NCBI GenBank assembly: GCA_934099115.1
Contig: CAKOPK010000006.1
Location: forward strand, 372-64,371
Source: an uncultured Bacilli bacterium
Lineage (GTDB): Bacteria > Bacillota_I > Bacilli_A > RF39 > UBA660
Length of the DNA: 64,000 bases
Reading direction: 5' to 3'
Made by a program: the position numbers and the translations under genes. This document shows, in pieces, positions 50,010-60,192 of this stretch. Numbering within the stretch: the stretch's first letter is position 1; every line of letters begins with the position of its first letter. The notes beneath the pieces are model-generated. The model searched no databases. It worked only from the letters and a program-made list of their open reading frames with translations, and was not told where the DNA came from.

Positions 50010-50939
50010 TTAGACCCTTTCTATTACTCTCATTTTAGCACTTTTACTACGACTATTCTCTTTTAATTCTTCTTCACTCGGTAAAATAGGTTTCTTATTA
50101 ACTAAACGAATAAGAGGTTTATATTCTTGAGGAATATCTTTTTCAGGTAACCCTTTTACCATTTCATTAACTTCACTATATTTCTTAAAAATATTCTTAA
50201 CTAAGCGATCTTCTAAAGAATGAAAAGTAATAACTACAATTCTTCCACCCTTTTTTAACTTTAAAATAGCATCAGTTAAGGCAATTTCTACTGCTTTTAA
50301 TTCTTGATTTACTTCAATTCGAATCGCTTGAAAAATAACTCTTTCTGGATGATTTTTATAAAAATAATTAGCTCCCACACTCTTTTTAATAATTTCTACT
50401 AACTCTAAAGTATGAGTAATTTCTTTTACTTTCCTAGCCTCTACAATATTTTTAGCAATAATCTTACTTCTAGGCTCTTCACCATATTGAAAGAATATAT
50501 GAACAAGTTCTTCTTCACTATAATGATTAATCACTTCTTTAGCATCCATTCTAGATTCTTTATTCATTCTCATGTCTAAAACACCATCTTGCATAAAACT
50601 AAAACCACGACTTGCATCATCAATCTCTGGACTAGATAAACCTAAATCAAATAAGAATCCATCTACTAAATCTATATTTTCTTTGTCAAGTCCCTCTTTT
50701 AAATGCATAAAATTATCATGAATAATAGTAAAATTAGAACGAATACCAAATAACAATTGACGCGAATAGTTAATCGCTTCACTATCCGCATCAAAGGCGA
50801 ATAATCTCCCTTTACTTATTCTTTTTAAAATTTCACTACTGTGACCAGCATATCCGAGTGTGGCATCTACGTATATACCATCTTCTTTTATATTCAAATT
50901 TTGTATTGCTAAATCTCGCATAACACTATAATGTTTCAT
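50010..50939 (-). CDS. rsmH: 16S rRNA (cytosine1402-N4)-methyltransferase
   Basis: HYSVM..., VDATLGYAGHS, DLGLSSPEID, ITFHSLEDR. Confidence 0.95.
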   Translation of the reverse strand: MKHYSVMRDLAIQNLNIKEDGIYVDATLGYAGHSSEILKRISKGRLFAFDADSEAINYSRQLLFGIRSNFTIIHDNFMHLKEGLDKENIDLVDGFLFDLGLSSPEIDDASRGFSFMQDGVLDMRMNKESRMDAKEVINHYSEEELVHIFFQYGEEPRSKIIAKNIVEARKVKEITHTLELVEIIKKSVGANYFYKNHPERVIFQAIRIEVNQELKAVEIALTDAILKLKKGGRIVVITFHSLEDRLVKNIFKKYSEVNEMVKGLPEKDIPQEYKPLIRLVNKKPILPSEEELKENSRSKSAKMRVIERV

Positions 50940-51372
50940 AAGATACCTCATCTTGAAATAAGTGTTCTGCTACTTCTTCAAGAACATCACTATAATCATT
51001 ATTAAATTGTTCCCAATTCTCTTTAGACCATATCTCAAGCCTATCACAAGCCCCAATAATTACACATTCTTTAGTAATATTAGCATAAGCAACCTGTCCA
51101 GCCGAAATATTAATACGTCCTTGTCGGTCAAGATTACAACTAGCAGCAGCCGAAAAGAAAGATCGAATGAATACACGAGCATCTTTTTTTGTAAAAGGTA
51201 AGCTTGCTAACTTCTTTACAATTTTATTCCATTCAGATTCGGTGTAGATATACAAGCATTTTTCTAATCCCCTAGTAATAATGAAGTTTTCTCCAAGACT
51301 ACTGCGGTAATTAGAAGGTATTACTAATCTGCTTTTTTCATCAATATTATGATGATGCTCGCCCATAAACAT
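50926..51372 (-). CDS. mraZ: Division/cell wall cluster transcriptional regulator MraZ
   Basis: MFMGEHHHNIDEKSRLVIP, with a duplicated SpoVT/AbrB-like module (DRQGRINI). Confidence 0.93.
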   Translation of the reverse strand: MFMGEHHHNIDEKSRLVIPSNYRSSLGENFIITRGLEKCLYIYTESEWNKIVKKLASLPFTKKDARVFIRSFFSAAASCNLDRQGRINISAGQVAYANITKECVIIGACDRLEIWSKENWEQFNNDYSDVLEEVAEHLFQDEVSYETL

Positions 51373-51498
51373 TGCAATCCCCCACTTTCTACCACAATGT
51401 ACCACTGCCTACCATAATATTATCAATTATTAGAGTTTTTGTAAAGAATGAGTTGTTCGCTTTTTTAAGAATATTCTTATATTTACGCAAAATTGACA

Positions 51499-51524
51499 GA
51501 AAAAAAGAGGTGCCCCTCTTTTTG
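51499..51524. terminator. Bidirectional rho-independent terminator
   Basis: Stem AAGAGG / CCTCTT with loop TGCC, flanked by an A-run and a T-run. Confidence 0.6.
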
Positions 51525-51538
51525 CATATTTTTGTATC

Positions 51539-51661
51539 CTAATAATATAGAATACCTCCTAGAATGATTGCTAATAAAATATATAATACGATAATTAAAA
51601 ATGCACTATTTTGAAGTCCAAACCCACTTTTAGTAGTAGACTTATCTTTGCAACATCCCAT
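51539..51661 (-). CDS. YjcZ-like small sporulation membrane peptide (40 aa)
   Basis: Own translation: MGCCKDKSTTKSGFGLQNSAFLIIVLYILLAIILGGILYY, with a GGAGGTG RBS 8 nt upstream. It resembles the YjcZ family (a Gly/Cys-rich head plus the FALIVVLFILLIIVG-type helix). It is not in the supplied track. Confidence 0.6.
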   Translation of the reverse strand: MGCCKDKSTTKSGFGLQNSAFLIIVLYILLAIILGGILYY

Positions 51662-51697
51662 AAAGATGCTCACACCTCCTTAAAAAATTTTAAAAGA

Positions 51698-51787
51698 CTA
51701 AATGAATGCTCCTACGATAATGATTAATAAGATAAATAATACTAATATGATAGCAGCTCCAAGTCCGTTGCCAGTTCCACAATTCAT
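51698..51787 (-). CDS. YjcZ-like small sporulation membrane peptide (29 aa)
   Basis: Own translation: MNCGTGNGLGAAIILVLFILLIIIVGAFI, with a GGAGGAATG RBS. It closely resembles the YjcZ-family core. It is not in the supplied track. Confidence 0.65.
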   Translation of the reverse strand: MNCGTGNGLGAAIILVLFILLIIIVGAFI

Positions 51788-51941
51788 AAATCATTCCTCC
51801 TTTATTTGTCTTTTCACTTATATATTACGTAAAAATTTTATTTTGGTGCTGGGCAAATGAACTTGTTAGAGAATTTATGCAAAAACCTTGTATTTTAAGC
51901 TAAGTATTGTTATAATTAATCTCAGTAGGAGGAAAATATTA

Positions 51942-52967
51942 ATGAAGAAAAAATTATTTATTTTAGGAGTATCTACTCTATTATTATGTGGATGTGGAAA
52001 AATTCCTAAGTTATCAAATGGTGATGAAGCAGTAATAACCTTCAAAGATGGAGAAAAAATAAGTGTCAATGATTTCTATGATGAAATTAAAAATGGCTAT
52101 GGATTACAAGTATTAGTAAATATGATGGATAAACATATTTATGAACTAGAATTTAAAGACAAAGTAAGTGATGCTAAAACTTATAGTGAAGCCGTTGTAA
52201 AACAATTTAAAGCAAACTATGACGATGAAGAAAAAGCGTTAAGTATGTTACAAACCTATTATGGATATCAAACTTTTGATGCTTATAAAAATGCCGCTTA
52301 TATCAATTACTTACAAAATGAAGCAATTGAAACTTATGTAAAAAATAATATTACAGAAGATGAATTAAAAGATTATTATGAAAAAAGTGTTTATCCAAAC
52401 ATGACAATATCTCATATTCTAATTACTTCTGATGCAAGCAGTAGTGCTACAGACGAAGAAAAAGAAGCAGCAGAGAAAAAAGCTAAAGCTAAAGTTAAAG
52501 AAGTTATTGATAAATTAAACACTGCTAAAAAAGAAAATAAAAACATCACCGAAACATTTACAAGTCTTGCTAAAGAATATTCTGAAGATGAAAGCACTAA
52601 AAATAAAGGTGGTTCCCTAGGAGAAATTAACATTGGTAGTCTAGATAGCAAATATGACGAATTAGTCTCTAGTGCAGCTAAATTACAAGATGGTGAATAT
52701 AGTACTGATATTATTACAACAGAACTTGGTTACCATGTAATTCTAAAAACTGCTACTGGTAAAAAAGCAAGTTATGATGACTCTGTAGATAGTATGAAAG
52801 AAAAAATAATGACTAACAAATTAAATGATAATAAATCTTTAATGGTTGATGCTGTTAAATATTATCGTGATAAATATGAACTTAATATTGTAGATAGTGA
52901 ATTAAATTCTCAATATTCTAAATATATGAATAATCTAATTAATACTTACAAAAATAGTTCAAACTAA
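51942..52967 (+). CDS. prsA: Foldase lipoprotein PrsA (parvulin-type peptidyl-prolyl isomerase)
   Basis: Lipobox LLLCGC at the MKKKLFILG start, and a parvulin core (ISHILI...GGSLGEI...GYHVI). Confidence 0.88.
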   Translation: MKKKLFILGVSTLLLCGCGKIPKLSNGDEAVITFKDGEKISVNDFYDEIKNGYGLQVLVNMMDKHIYELEFKDKVSDAKTYSEAVVKQFKANYDDEEKALSMLQTYYGYQTFDAYKNAAYINYLQNEAIETYVKNNITEDELKDYYEKSVYPNMTISHILITSDASSSATDEEKEAAEKKAKAKVKEVIDKLNTAKKENKNITETFTSLAKEYSEDESTKNKGGSLGEINIGSLDSKYDELVSSAAKLQDGEYSTDIITTELGYHVILKTATGKKASYDDSVDSMKEKIMTNKLNDNKSLMVDAVKYYRDKYELNIVDSELNSQYSKYMNNLINTYKNSSN

Positions 52968-52976
52968 AAAGCTTCC

Positions 52977-53744
52977 CTAGAAGCTTTTTTCAATGATAGC
53001 ATCAATATCTACATTAGAATATCCCTTACTATATAAATAGCTTTTAATCTTAATCTTAGTCGTATATAAATCATACTTTGTTATATATTTACGATATAAT
53101 TTTAAAACTATCTTTTCTATTTCATTCGTATTTTCTTGAAGAGAAAGTGAATCTAAATATGTTAATACATCTTCTTTAGAGAATCCTTTATGAATTAATT
53201 CTTCCAAAGTCTTACGCTTAAATTCTTGAATACTCTTCTTATTTACTTTCACTTTTTTATCTACATATTTCTTAATTTTTTCATGATAAATATTAACATC
53301 TATCTTCTCTAAATAAGGTAAAACCTCTTCATAAGTAAAACCCAAATCTATTAAATCAGAACAAATCTTACTTTCCCCCACTAAATAAAGAGTAAGCATA
53401 TCATGAATATAAGCTTCTATATACATTTTATGATTTAAATAACCCTCTTTATTTAATCTTAAAACTGTATCTTCTATATCTTCTAAAGAATATCCCTTCT
53501 TCTTTAAAAAAGTTCTTATTTCCTTCTCTGTTTTTATTCTTTTATTAATTTCTTTTAAAGCTTCATAATACCCCTTTAGCTTATTATTTTCTTTTTTTAT
53601 TTGTACTAATTCATTTTTAGTAATTTCTTTTTTTAACAAAAGTTCATATTGAATAATAATATCATCATATAAAGTAATTTCTTCTTCATCAGTTATAAGA
53701 ATATATTCATTCTTTTTTGTTTTTTTATATTTTAAAATTTTCAT
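52977..53744 (-). CDS. recX: Regulatory protein RecX
   Basis: Repeated three-helix modules (KEIRTFLKKKGYSLEDIEDTVLRLNKEGYLN, ...LIHKGFSKEDV..., ...LYSKGYSNVDI). Confidence 0.8.
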   Translation of the reverse strand: MKILKYKKTKKNEYILITDEEEITLYDDIIIQYELLLKKEITKNELVQIKKENNKLKGYYEALKEINKRIKTEKEIRTFLKKKGYSLEDIEDTVLRLNKEGYLNHKMYIEAYIHDMLTLYLVGESKICSDLIDLGFTYEEVLPYLEKIDVNIYHEKIKKYVDKKVKVNKKSIQEFKRKTLEELIHKGFSKEDVLTYLDSLSLQENTNEIEKIVLKLYRKYITKYDLYTTKIKIKSYLYSKGYSNVDIDAIIEKSF

Positions 53745-53866
53745 TCTGACATCCTCCAAAAACATTCTATCACAAAAGAAATAGAATAGAAAGATAATCT
53801 ACCATTTATTGCCACTTGATTTATACATAAGTTCGTTTTATAATGATAGCAGAAAGGAAAGATAGC

Positions 53867-55129
53867 ATGGAAAATATCTATTTACATCGTAATTTTTTAT
53901 GTATTGATTTAAAAAGTTTCTTTGCTAGTTGTGAATGTATAGAAAGAGGTTTAAACCCTTTTCAAGTGCCATTAGTAGTTGCTAACCCCAATCAAGGAAA
54001 TGGTGCCATAACCCTAGCAGTTACTCCTTATTTAAAAGATAAAGGCGTAAAATCTCGTGGAAGATTATATGAAATACCAAGAAATATAAAATACAAAATA
54101 GCTCCTCCTAGAATGAGTTTATATATAAAAAAATCAAAAGAAGTAGTAAGTATTTATTTAAAGTATGTAGCTAAAGAAGATTTACACATCTATTCTATTG
54201 ATGAATGCTTTCTAGATGTAACAGACTATTTAAAAATGTATCAAAAAACCGATATAGAACTAGCTAAAGATATATTAAATGATATTAGAAAATCTACAGG
54301 GCTTTATGCCACCTGTGGAATCGGTCCTAACATGTTGCTAGCAAAAGTTTCTATGGATATAGAAGCAAAACATAACAAAGACTTTATTGCCAAATGGGAC
54401 TATGAAGATATTCCTAATAAACTATGGAAGATATCTCCCCTATCTAATATGTGGGGTATAGGAAAAAGAATGGAAAAAAAATTAAATGATTTAGGTATTT
54501 ATTCCATTGAAGAGCTAGCCTACTATGACCGTAATAAATTAAAAGCAAAATTTGGAATTATGGGTGCAGAATTATGGAACCATGCAAATGGAATTGATTT
54601 AAGTCGTATTGGAGACTTAAAAAAAGGAGCAGATAAATCTTATTCTCATAGTCAAATACTCTTTAAAGACTACAATGGTCAAAACATTAAATTAATTATC
54701 GAAGAAATGGTAGAAGTTATCACTACTAGATTAAGAAACAATCATAAAACATGTTCTACCATCGGTTTTGGAATTGGCTACTCTAAAAGTATCGGTGGAG
54801 GCTTCTATCACAGTATTAAACTAGAAAACCCTACTGATCAAGACACTATTATTGCAAATATTTGTCTAATTATCTTTGATAAATTTTATCAAGAAAATAT
54901 GCCCATTCGTAAAGTAACTATCTCCTGTGGAAATTTATTCGAAAAAGCAGGTGTTCAATTAGATATTTTCCATACAATTGAAGATAGAGTTGAAAAAGAA
55001 AACATAGATAAGACTATAGATTTAATCAAAAATCGTTTTGGAAAGAACTCTCTTTTAAAAGCATCTAGCCTATTATCAGATTCTACTATTAAAGAAAGAA
55101 ACAAAAAAATCGGAGGCCATAACGCATGA
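53867..55129 (+). CDS. Y-family DNA polymerase (UvrX/YqjW/UmuC-like)
   Basis: LCIDLKSFFASCECIERG, YSIDECFLDVT, and the HhH region GIGKRMEKKLNDLGI. Confidence 0.9.
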   Translation: MENIYLHRNFLCIDLKSFFASCECIERGLNPFQVPLVVANPNQGNGAITLAVTPYLKDKGVKSRGRLYEIPRNIKYKIAPPRMSLYIKKSKEVVSIYLKYVAKEDLHIYSIDECFLDVTDYLKMYQKTDIELAKDILNDIRKSTGLYATCGIGPNMLLAKVSMDIEAKHNKDFIAKWDYEDIPNKLWKISPLSNMWGIGKRMEKKLNDLGIYSIEELAYYDRNKLKAKFGIMGAELWNHANGIDLSRIGDLKKGADKSYSHSQILFKDYNGQNIKLIIEEMVEVITTRLRNNHKTCSTIGFGIGYSKSIGGGFYHSIKLENPTDQDTIIANICLIIFDKFYQENMPIRKVTISCGNLFEKAGVQLDIFHTIEDRVEKENIDKTIDLIKNRFGKNSLLKASSLLSDSTIKERNKKIGGHNA

Positions 55130-55446
55130 TTGATAGAGGCTTTATTAAATGGCAACCATTTGAATCTGTTTTAAACAGTAAAGAAGTAATAAAAGAGTTA
55201 GAACAAAAAGAAGATAAAAAACCCATTTTATTTCCCGAAGAATTAGAAATTTTAAATGAACAAATAAAAGAGGCTTACTTCTCCCAAAATAAAATCATAT
55301 TAACCTTCTATTCCCAAAATAAAATCCAAAATTTAGAAACTTATATCTATAAAATATTTCCTACCACGAATCTTTTAGAAATCAAAAACCATCAAATAAT
55401 TTCTTTTAAACAAATTATTCATATAAAAAATTGCTATCCAGAGTAG
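55126..55446 (+). CDS. YolD-like protein (accessory partner of the Y-family polymerase)
   Basis: The DRGFIKWQPF motif, and the start overlaps the polymerase stop by 4 nt. Confidence 0.8.
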   Translation: MIDRGFIKWQPFESVLNSKEVIKELEQKEDKKPILFPEELEILNEQIKEAYFSQNKIILTFYSQNKIQNLETYIYKIFPTTNLLEIKNHQIISFKQIIHIKNCYPE

Positions 55447-55452
55447 CAATTT

Positions 55453-56325
55453 TTATTTATATACATAATAATAAACCCAATTATGATAAAGCAAATTAGA
55501 ATGTGCATGCCATCTATATACAGGAGTAAGTAAAGGATCATCATTTTTATAATAATTTTTAGGTGGTAAAATATCTAATCCTCTATTAATATCTCTTCGA
55601 TATTCTTTATCCAAAGTCCATAAATCATATTCAGCATGACCAGTTAAAAATATCTTAGAGCCATCTAAACTCTCAACTATATAAACTCCAGATTCATTAG
55701 ATTTACTAACTAATTTTAATTCTTTTCTTTTGATAATATCTTCTTCAATTAAACTACAATATCTAGATTGAGGAATATAAAAAGTATCATCAAACCCTGT
55801 AACTAAATTACTAGGACTTACTATATAATGTTCATATAAACCAGATACTTTCTCTGGTAAATTATAACGATTTACCCCATAAAAATATTGTAACGCAGCT
55901 TGTGAAGCCCAACATAAATAAATTGTAGAACGAACATTATTCTTTGTATATTTAAAGAACTCCCATAATTCATTAATATAATCTATCCCTGAAAATGGAA
56001 TATGTTCTAAAGGAGCCCCAGTAATAATCATTCCATCATATTTAGTACCTTTAATATCTTGAAAAGATAAATAATATTTTTGATAATAAGCTAATTTCTC
56101 ATCATCAACCTTTTTGGTATTTAAATAAATAAAATCTAATTCAATTTGAACAATTGGATTATCAAGAGCAATCATAAGTTGTCTTTCTGTATCTTCTAAA
56201 GTAGGCATAATATTTAAAATACCTATTTTTACACTAGGCTTACTATTATCTAATTCATTTATAAAATGAATTTGATCATTTAAACTTTTTTTAGCTTCTA
56301 AATCTTTCTTTAAATAAATAGCCAT
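55453..56325 (-). CDS. metA: Homoserine O-acyltransferase MetA
   Basis: VKIGILNIMPTLEDTERQ, GMIITGAP, and the catalytic LCWASQA. Confidence 0.92.
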   Translation of the reverse strand: MAIYLKKDLEAKKSLNDQIHFINELDNSKPSVKIGILNIMPTLEDTERQLMIALDNPIVQIELDFIYLNTKKVDDEKLAYYQKYYLSFQDIKGTKYDGMIITGAPLEHIPFSGIDYINELWEFFKYTKNNVRSTIYLCWASQAALQYFYGVNRYNLPEKVSGLYEHYIVSPSNLVTGFDDTFYIPQSRYCSLIEEDIIKRKELKLVSKSNESGVYIVESLDGSKIFLTGHAEYDLWTLDKEYRRDINRGLDILPPKNYYKNDDPLLTPVYRWHAHSNLLYHNWVYYYVYK

Positions 56326-56383
56326 TAAATCACCTCATTATTAAAATATATTTTAATTTTATGAATTCTATTATATCATCTTT

Positions 56384-56698
56384 TTATGCTTTAGAACTCA
56401 TTATTTGTAAAATTAAATCATAATTGTCGTCAAGTGCAGCCTTATTTCTTTTTATTTCTCCACATTTATCACATTTATAAACAATCTTCCAAGTATCTTT
56501 CGTACCCCTAACAACCTCTATAGGTCTTAAAACACCATGACAAGCATTTGCTCTATCCCCAGGATTACAATCAACATGTTTACTGCATAAACAATAAGGA
56601 CAATGGTCTCTTGCAGTATAACTTAAATGTTTTACTTCTCTTCCACATACAAAACATACAAAGTCTTCATCAATCATTTTAAAACGTTTTTCTTCCAT
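56384..56698 (-). CDS. RNHCP domain-containing protein
   Basis: FVCFVCGREV...ARDHCPYCLCSKHVD...CHG...CDKCG is the Cys/His pattern of the RNHCP family. Confidence 0.8.
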   Translation of the reverse strand: MEEKRFKMIDEDFVCFVCGREVKHLSYTARDHCPYCLCSKHVDCNPGDRANACHGVLRPIEVVRGTKDTWKIVYKCDKCGEIKRNKAALDDNYDLILQIMSSKA

Positions 56699-57216
56699 AA
56701 TTTTCTTCTTTCTTTCTTAAACTGATGCACTGCTAAAAGCATTTCTCTTTCAATTAAACGATTAATCTTTTGCTTCTCTTGAGTTTCTTCTAAAACTTTC
56801 TTAATATCTTTTAAAGGCACATACGTTAAAGTAAAATCTCCTATTCTTTCTTGATCATCTAAATTTCTTTTTTCTAAATGATATTTTTCATCAGTAAATA
56901 AACAAAAATAATATAACTCAATAGAACGATTATTTCCTAAGACAGGATAATCTTTTAAATAATATTTTATAGCAAAGAATGGTTCATATTCTCTAAAAGG
57001 AAGAGTTATTCCTGTTTCTTCTTTAATCTCGCGAATTAAAGTCTCGCTTAAAGTCTCTTTCTCTTCTTGATGACCTCCAGGAAACTGATAAGTTCCAAAA
57101 GCATTACCGAGTAATATTTCTTCTTGGCTATTAATCATCAAAGCTTTTACTCGAATAATACTATCATTAACATCTTTCTCTTTTATTCTATCATAATTAT
57201 ATTTCTTAATCTTCAC
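56674..57216 (-). CDS. NUDIX hydrolase
   Basis: Nudix box FPGGHQEEKETLSETLIREIKEETGI. Confidence 0.88.
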   Translation of the reverse strand: MKIKKYNYDRIKEKDVNDSIIRVKALMINSQEEILLGNAFGTYQFPGGHQEEKETLSETLIREIKEETGITLPFREYEPFFAIKYYLKDYPVLGNNRSIELYYFCLFTDEKYHLEKRNLDDQERIGDFTLTYVPLKDIKKVLEETQEKQKINRLIEREMLLAVHQFKKERRKLWKKNVLK

Positions 57217-57283
57217 AGTAATTCACCTATTCTATTTTAACGAATAAGCACTAAATTTACTAGTCTTTTTCTAAAGCTTGACA

Positions 57284-58252
57284 CTATTTGCGCTTTAAAA
57301 TTAAAGCATCACTAACAGTATTAGAAGTTTTTGAAACCTCTATATGAGGAAAAGAAATAATTTCCTCATTCTCCAAATCATTTAAAGTAAGACTAGAAGT
57401 TATAATTAAATGATTTAAATAAGATTGTGTTCTATTAATAAATATTCGGTAAAGATATGCTAAAGCAAGTACCCCATCTTCCCTAACATGTTTTTCCATG
57501 TTTTTAGAATATTCTCTTAACTCTTCATACTTCCACATATAACCCCAAGACTTATAAAAATAATCTGCAATATTAGACAGTAGTACTAAATCATATTCTT
57601 TTTTTAAATGTGTAGGTAAAGAAAAACAATTAATATTTGCAAAACTAATTTTAGCTTTTAATAAATTAATACGAACTTGATTATAAGTCTCTTCGTTTTC
57701 TAAATATTTATTTTTATGAATAATTTGATATAGACTAGGTCTATTTATTGTAGTCATTTGAAATAAAGGCAAATAAGTATGTGTTAATTTCACTTCTCGA
57801 TAATAAAAATCTCTAATAGAAAGCCAATAAATACGATATTTTAAATCCATATTAGGTAATAATACTGTAATATAATCCATAACTTTCTCAAATGAAGTTT
57901 CTTTACTAACTAAATCCGTCATAAATTCTAAATATTCTATATATGAAAAAGTCCGTATCGCCGCTGCTTTTAAACCAAAAGCAAAATATTCTGTAAGTTT
58001 ATTTGTATCAAAAGTATCAATATCAAGTATTCCATACGCTAAAAGATTAAAAACTTGATCTCCACTACCTAAAACAGTTAAAGCCTGTTTATAAGTAGAT
58101 TTTACAATACCAGCTAAACTACTATCTAAATTTTCGTTTGTTAAAGAATATACTTTCTGATATTCACTAAATGAATCATCAAAATTATATACTTTTCCCG
58201 CTTCTAACTGTTTTGCTATTAATTTTTTAGTATTAATAATTGCTTCTTTCAT
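57284..58252 (-). CDS. Hypothetical protein, possibly DUF3419/BtaA-like SAM-dependent enzyme
   Basis: The pattern LTVLGSGDQVFNLL...IDTFDTNKLTEYFAFGLKAAAIRTFSYIEYLEF resembles the N-terminal half of DUF3419 proteins (from memory). Confidence 0.45.
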   Translation of the reverse strand: MKEAIINTKKLIAKQLEAGKVYNFDDSFSEYQKVYSLTNENLDSSLAGIVKSTYKQALTVLGSGDQVFNLLAYGILDIDTFDTNKLTEYFAFGLKAAAIRTFSYIEYLEFMTDLVSKETSFEKVMDYITVLLPNMDLKYRIYWLSIRDFYYREVKLTHTYLPLFQMTTINRPSLYQIIHKNKYLENEETYNQVRINLLKAKISFANINCFSLPTHLKKEYDLVLLSNIADYFYKSWGYMWKYEELREYSKNMEKHVREDGVLALAYLYRIFINRTQSYLNHLIITSSLTLNDLENEEIISFPHIEVSKTSNTVSDALILKRK

Positions 58253-58344
58253 CTCAAAACCCCTTTTTTATAGGTATATACTCTAACACAAAAGAAAGAA
58301 AAAAGCAAATTAAAACTCAGTTTTCACTGAGTATAATTCAAAAA

Positions 58345-58420
58345 TGGTGATCTGTATGGGATTTGAACCCATGAATGTTGCCTTGAGAGGGCAATGTGTT
58401 AACCATTTCACCAACAGACC
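58345..58420 (-). tRNA. tRNA-Glu (anticodon CUC), encoded CCA
   Basis: Manual fold: GGTCTGT-TG-GTG...CAC-A-TTGCC-CTCTCAA-GGCAA-CATTC-ATGGG-TTCAAAT-CCCAT-ACAGATC-ACCA. It has the 3-bp D-stem typical of tRNA-Glu. Confidence 0.85.
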
Positions 58421-58475
58421 ATTAAGTAATATCTTTTCAAAAAGATATTACTATCATATCATTATTTTTAGATTT

Positions 58476-60137
58476 TTACAAGTTTTTATTTTTAAAAATT
58501 TCTACTCTTTTTAACATTCTTTCTTTTCCTAAAATTTGCATTATATCATACAAATTAGGAGTAACTGAACTAGTAGTTAATACAACTCTCATTGCACACG
58601 TAAAATCTGCAATACTACCCTTATAAGCCTCTTTATTTTCTTTATAAGCCTTCATATCACTCGCATACCCTAGTTGTTCACATAATTCTTTAATCTTTTG
58701 AAACCATACATCTTGAGTATCATTAGAATCATAATAAGCATCTAAATATTGATTCATAATATTTAAAATTTCTTCTTTATCTTGAATTAAGCCAAAATCA
58801 TAAGTTAAATCTTTATTCCATTCTTCATCATATAAATACCATATTTTAGCAAAAATAGAAGAATAATTTTCATAATCTTTCCTTGGTTTCTTACATTCTC
58901 TTTCAATATTTAAGAATGCAATAGTATCCTCCTTATGATTAACTAATAAACTAGCTACTGCCTCATCATACTTCTTAGCCCAAACAAGATATTCTTGATA
59001 TAAGTCCACAGCTTTCATCTTAGAAATATAATTTTTAGATATATTATCTAATTTATCTAAGTCAAATAAAGCACCACTAGAACTCATTTTTTTAGGACTA
59101 AAAGGAAATTCATAAAAAGGAGTATCAGGATGATTAGTTCTCCATTCTTCATAATTAGAATTAGCAATAGTAAGCACTGCATCTATAACAGCTAATATTG
59201 GATATCCTTTTTCTTCATAAAAGAACATCAATGCCTCTGGATCTTTTCTCTTACTAATCTTACGAATAGTATCTCCATCTTTCTTTAATATTAAAGATGT
59301 ATGAATATATTTAGGCATCTTATAACCAAAAGCTTTAAATAACTCATAATGAAGAGGAACACTACTCATCCATTCTTCTCCACGCACAACATGAGTAGTG
59401 CGCATTAAATGGTCATCTACTAAATGGGCAAAATGATAAGTTGGAAGTAAATTTTCACTCTTCATAATAGGAACATCAATATCATTCTCTGGAAATTCAA
59501 TTTTACCTTTTGTTAAATCTTCAAAAACAAATTTTTTATTAAAATCCCCTTCAGATTTAAAACGAATAACAAACTTTTCTCCAGCCTCTATCTTTTTAGC
59601 AGCCTCATCCGGTGTTAAATAACGATACTTTGCATAACGTCCATAAATACCAATTCTTTTTTTACTTTTAGCTTGATACTCTCTAATCTCTGTCAATTCT
59701 TCTGGAGTTAAAAAACAAGGATACGCTCTTCCAATAGAAATTAAATGTTTAATAAAAGCATGATAAATTTCCATTCTCTCACTTTGAATATATGGTCCAT
59801 AATTTCCAACCGTTTTACCATCATATTCATATTCATCAGGAGCAATATGATAATAATTTAAAATATGATGAATAAAAGGAACTGCCCCTTCTACACTTCT
59901 TTCTTGGTCTGTATCTTCATTCCTTAAAAAAAATACCCCTTTACTATTTTTAGCTAAAACATAATTAATAGTAGCACTCATCATATTTCCAATATGCATA
60001 AAACCTGTAGGACTTGGAGCAAAACGCGTAACTTTAGCCCCTTCTCCTAAATTTCTTTCTGGATAAATCTTCTCATAATCTTCTGGTGTTTTATGAATAT
60101 TAGGAAATATTAAATTTGCTAAATCTTGATATGTCAT
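58476..60137 (-). CDS. gltX: Glutamate--tRNA ligase (long clostridial-type form)
   Basis: RFAPSPTGFMHIGN (HIGH region), LRNEDTD, and a KMSKS-like KISKRK. The start is set at MTYQDLANLIFP. Confidence 0.9.
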   Translation of the reverse strand: MTYQDLANLIFPNIHKTPEDYEKIYPERNLGEGAKVTRFAPSPTGFMHIGNMMSATINYVLAKNSKGVFFLRNEDTDQERSVEGAVPFIHHILNYYHIAPDEYEYDGKTVGNYGPYIQSERMEIYHAFIKHLISIGRAYPCFLTPEELTEIREYQAKSKKRIGIYGRYAKYRYLTPDEAAKKIEAGEKFVIRFKSEGDFNKKFVFEDLTKGKIEFPENDIDVPIMKSENLLPTYHFAHLVDDHLMRTTHVVRGEEWMSSVPLHYELFKAFGYKMPKYIHTSLILKKDGDTIRKISKRKDPEALMFFYEEKGYPILAVIDAVLTIANSNYEEWRTNHPDTPFYEFPFSPKKMSSSGALFDLDKLDNISKNYISKMKAVDLYQEYLVWAKKYDEAVASLLVNHKEDTIAFLNIERECKKPRKDYENYSSIFAKIWYLYDEEWNKDLTYDFGLIQDKEEILNIMNQYLDAYYDSNDTQDVWFQKIKELCEQLGYASDMKAYKENKEAYKGSIADFTCAMRVVLTTSSVTPNLYDIMQILGKERMLKRVEIFKNKNL

Positions 60138-60192
60138 AAAATGTCCTTCTTTCGTACTACTATTATAACAAAACAAGACTCATTTAACAAGA

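Noticed and set aside
51875-52069. A minus-strand 64-aa ORF overlapping the prsA start.
   Set aside because: It is antisense to the prsA signal-peptide region and has no RBS.
52977-55446. recX, the Y-family polymerase and yolD as a novel system.
   Set aside because: The polymerase-YolD pair is a well-known Firmicute translesion-synthesis cassette, and recX next to it is unremarkable.
58345-58420. tRNA-Glu as the integration site of the serine-recombinase element.
   Set aside because: gltX, a hypothetical gene and the sigK fragment lie between them. The element junction is clearly inside sigK at about 60845-60857.
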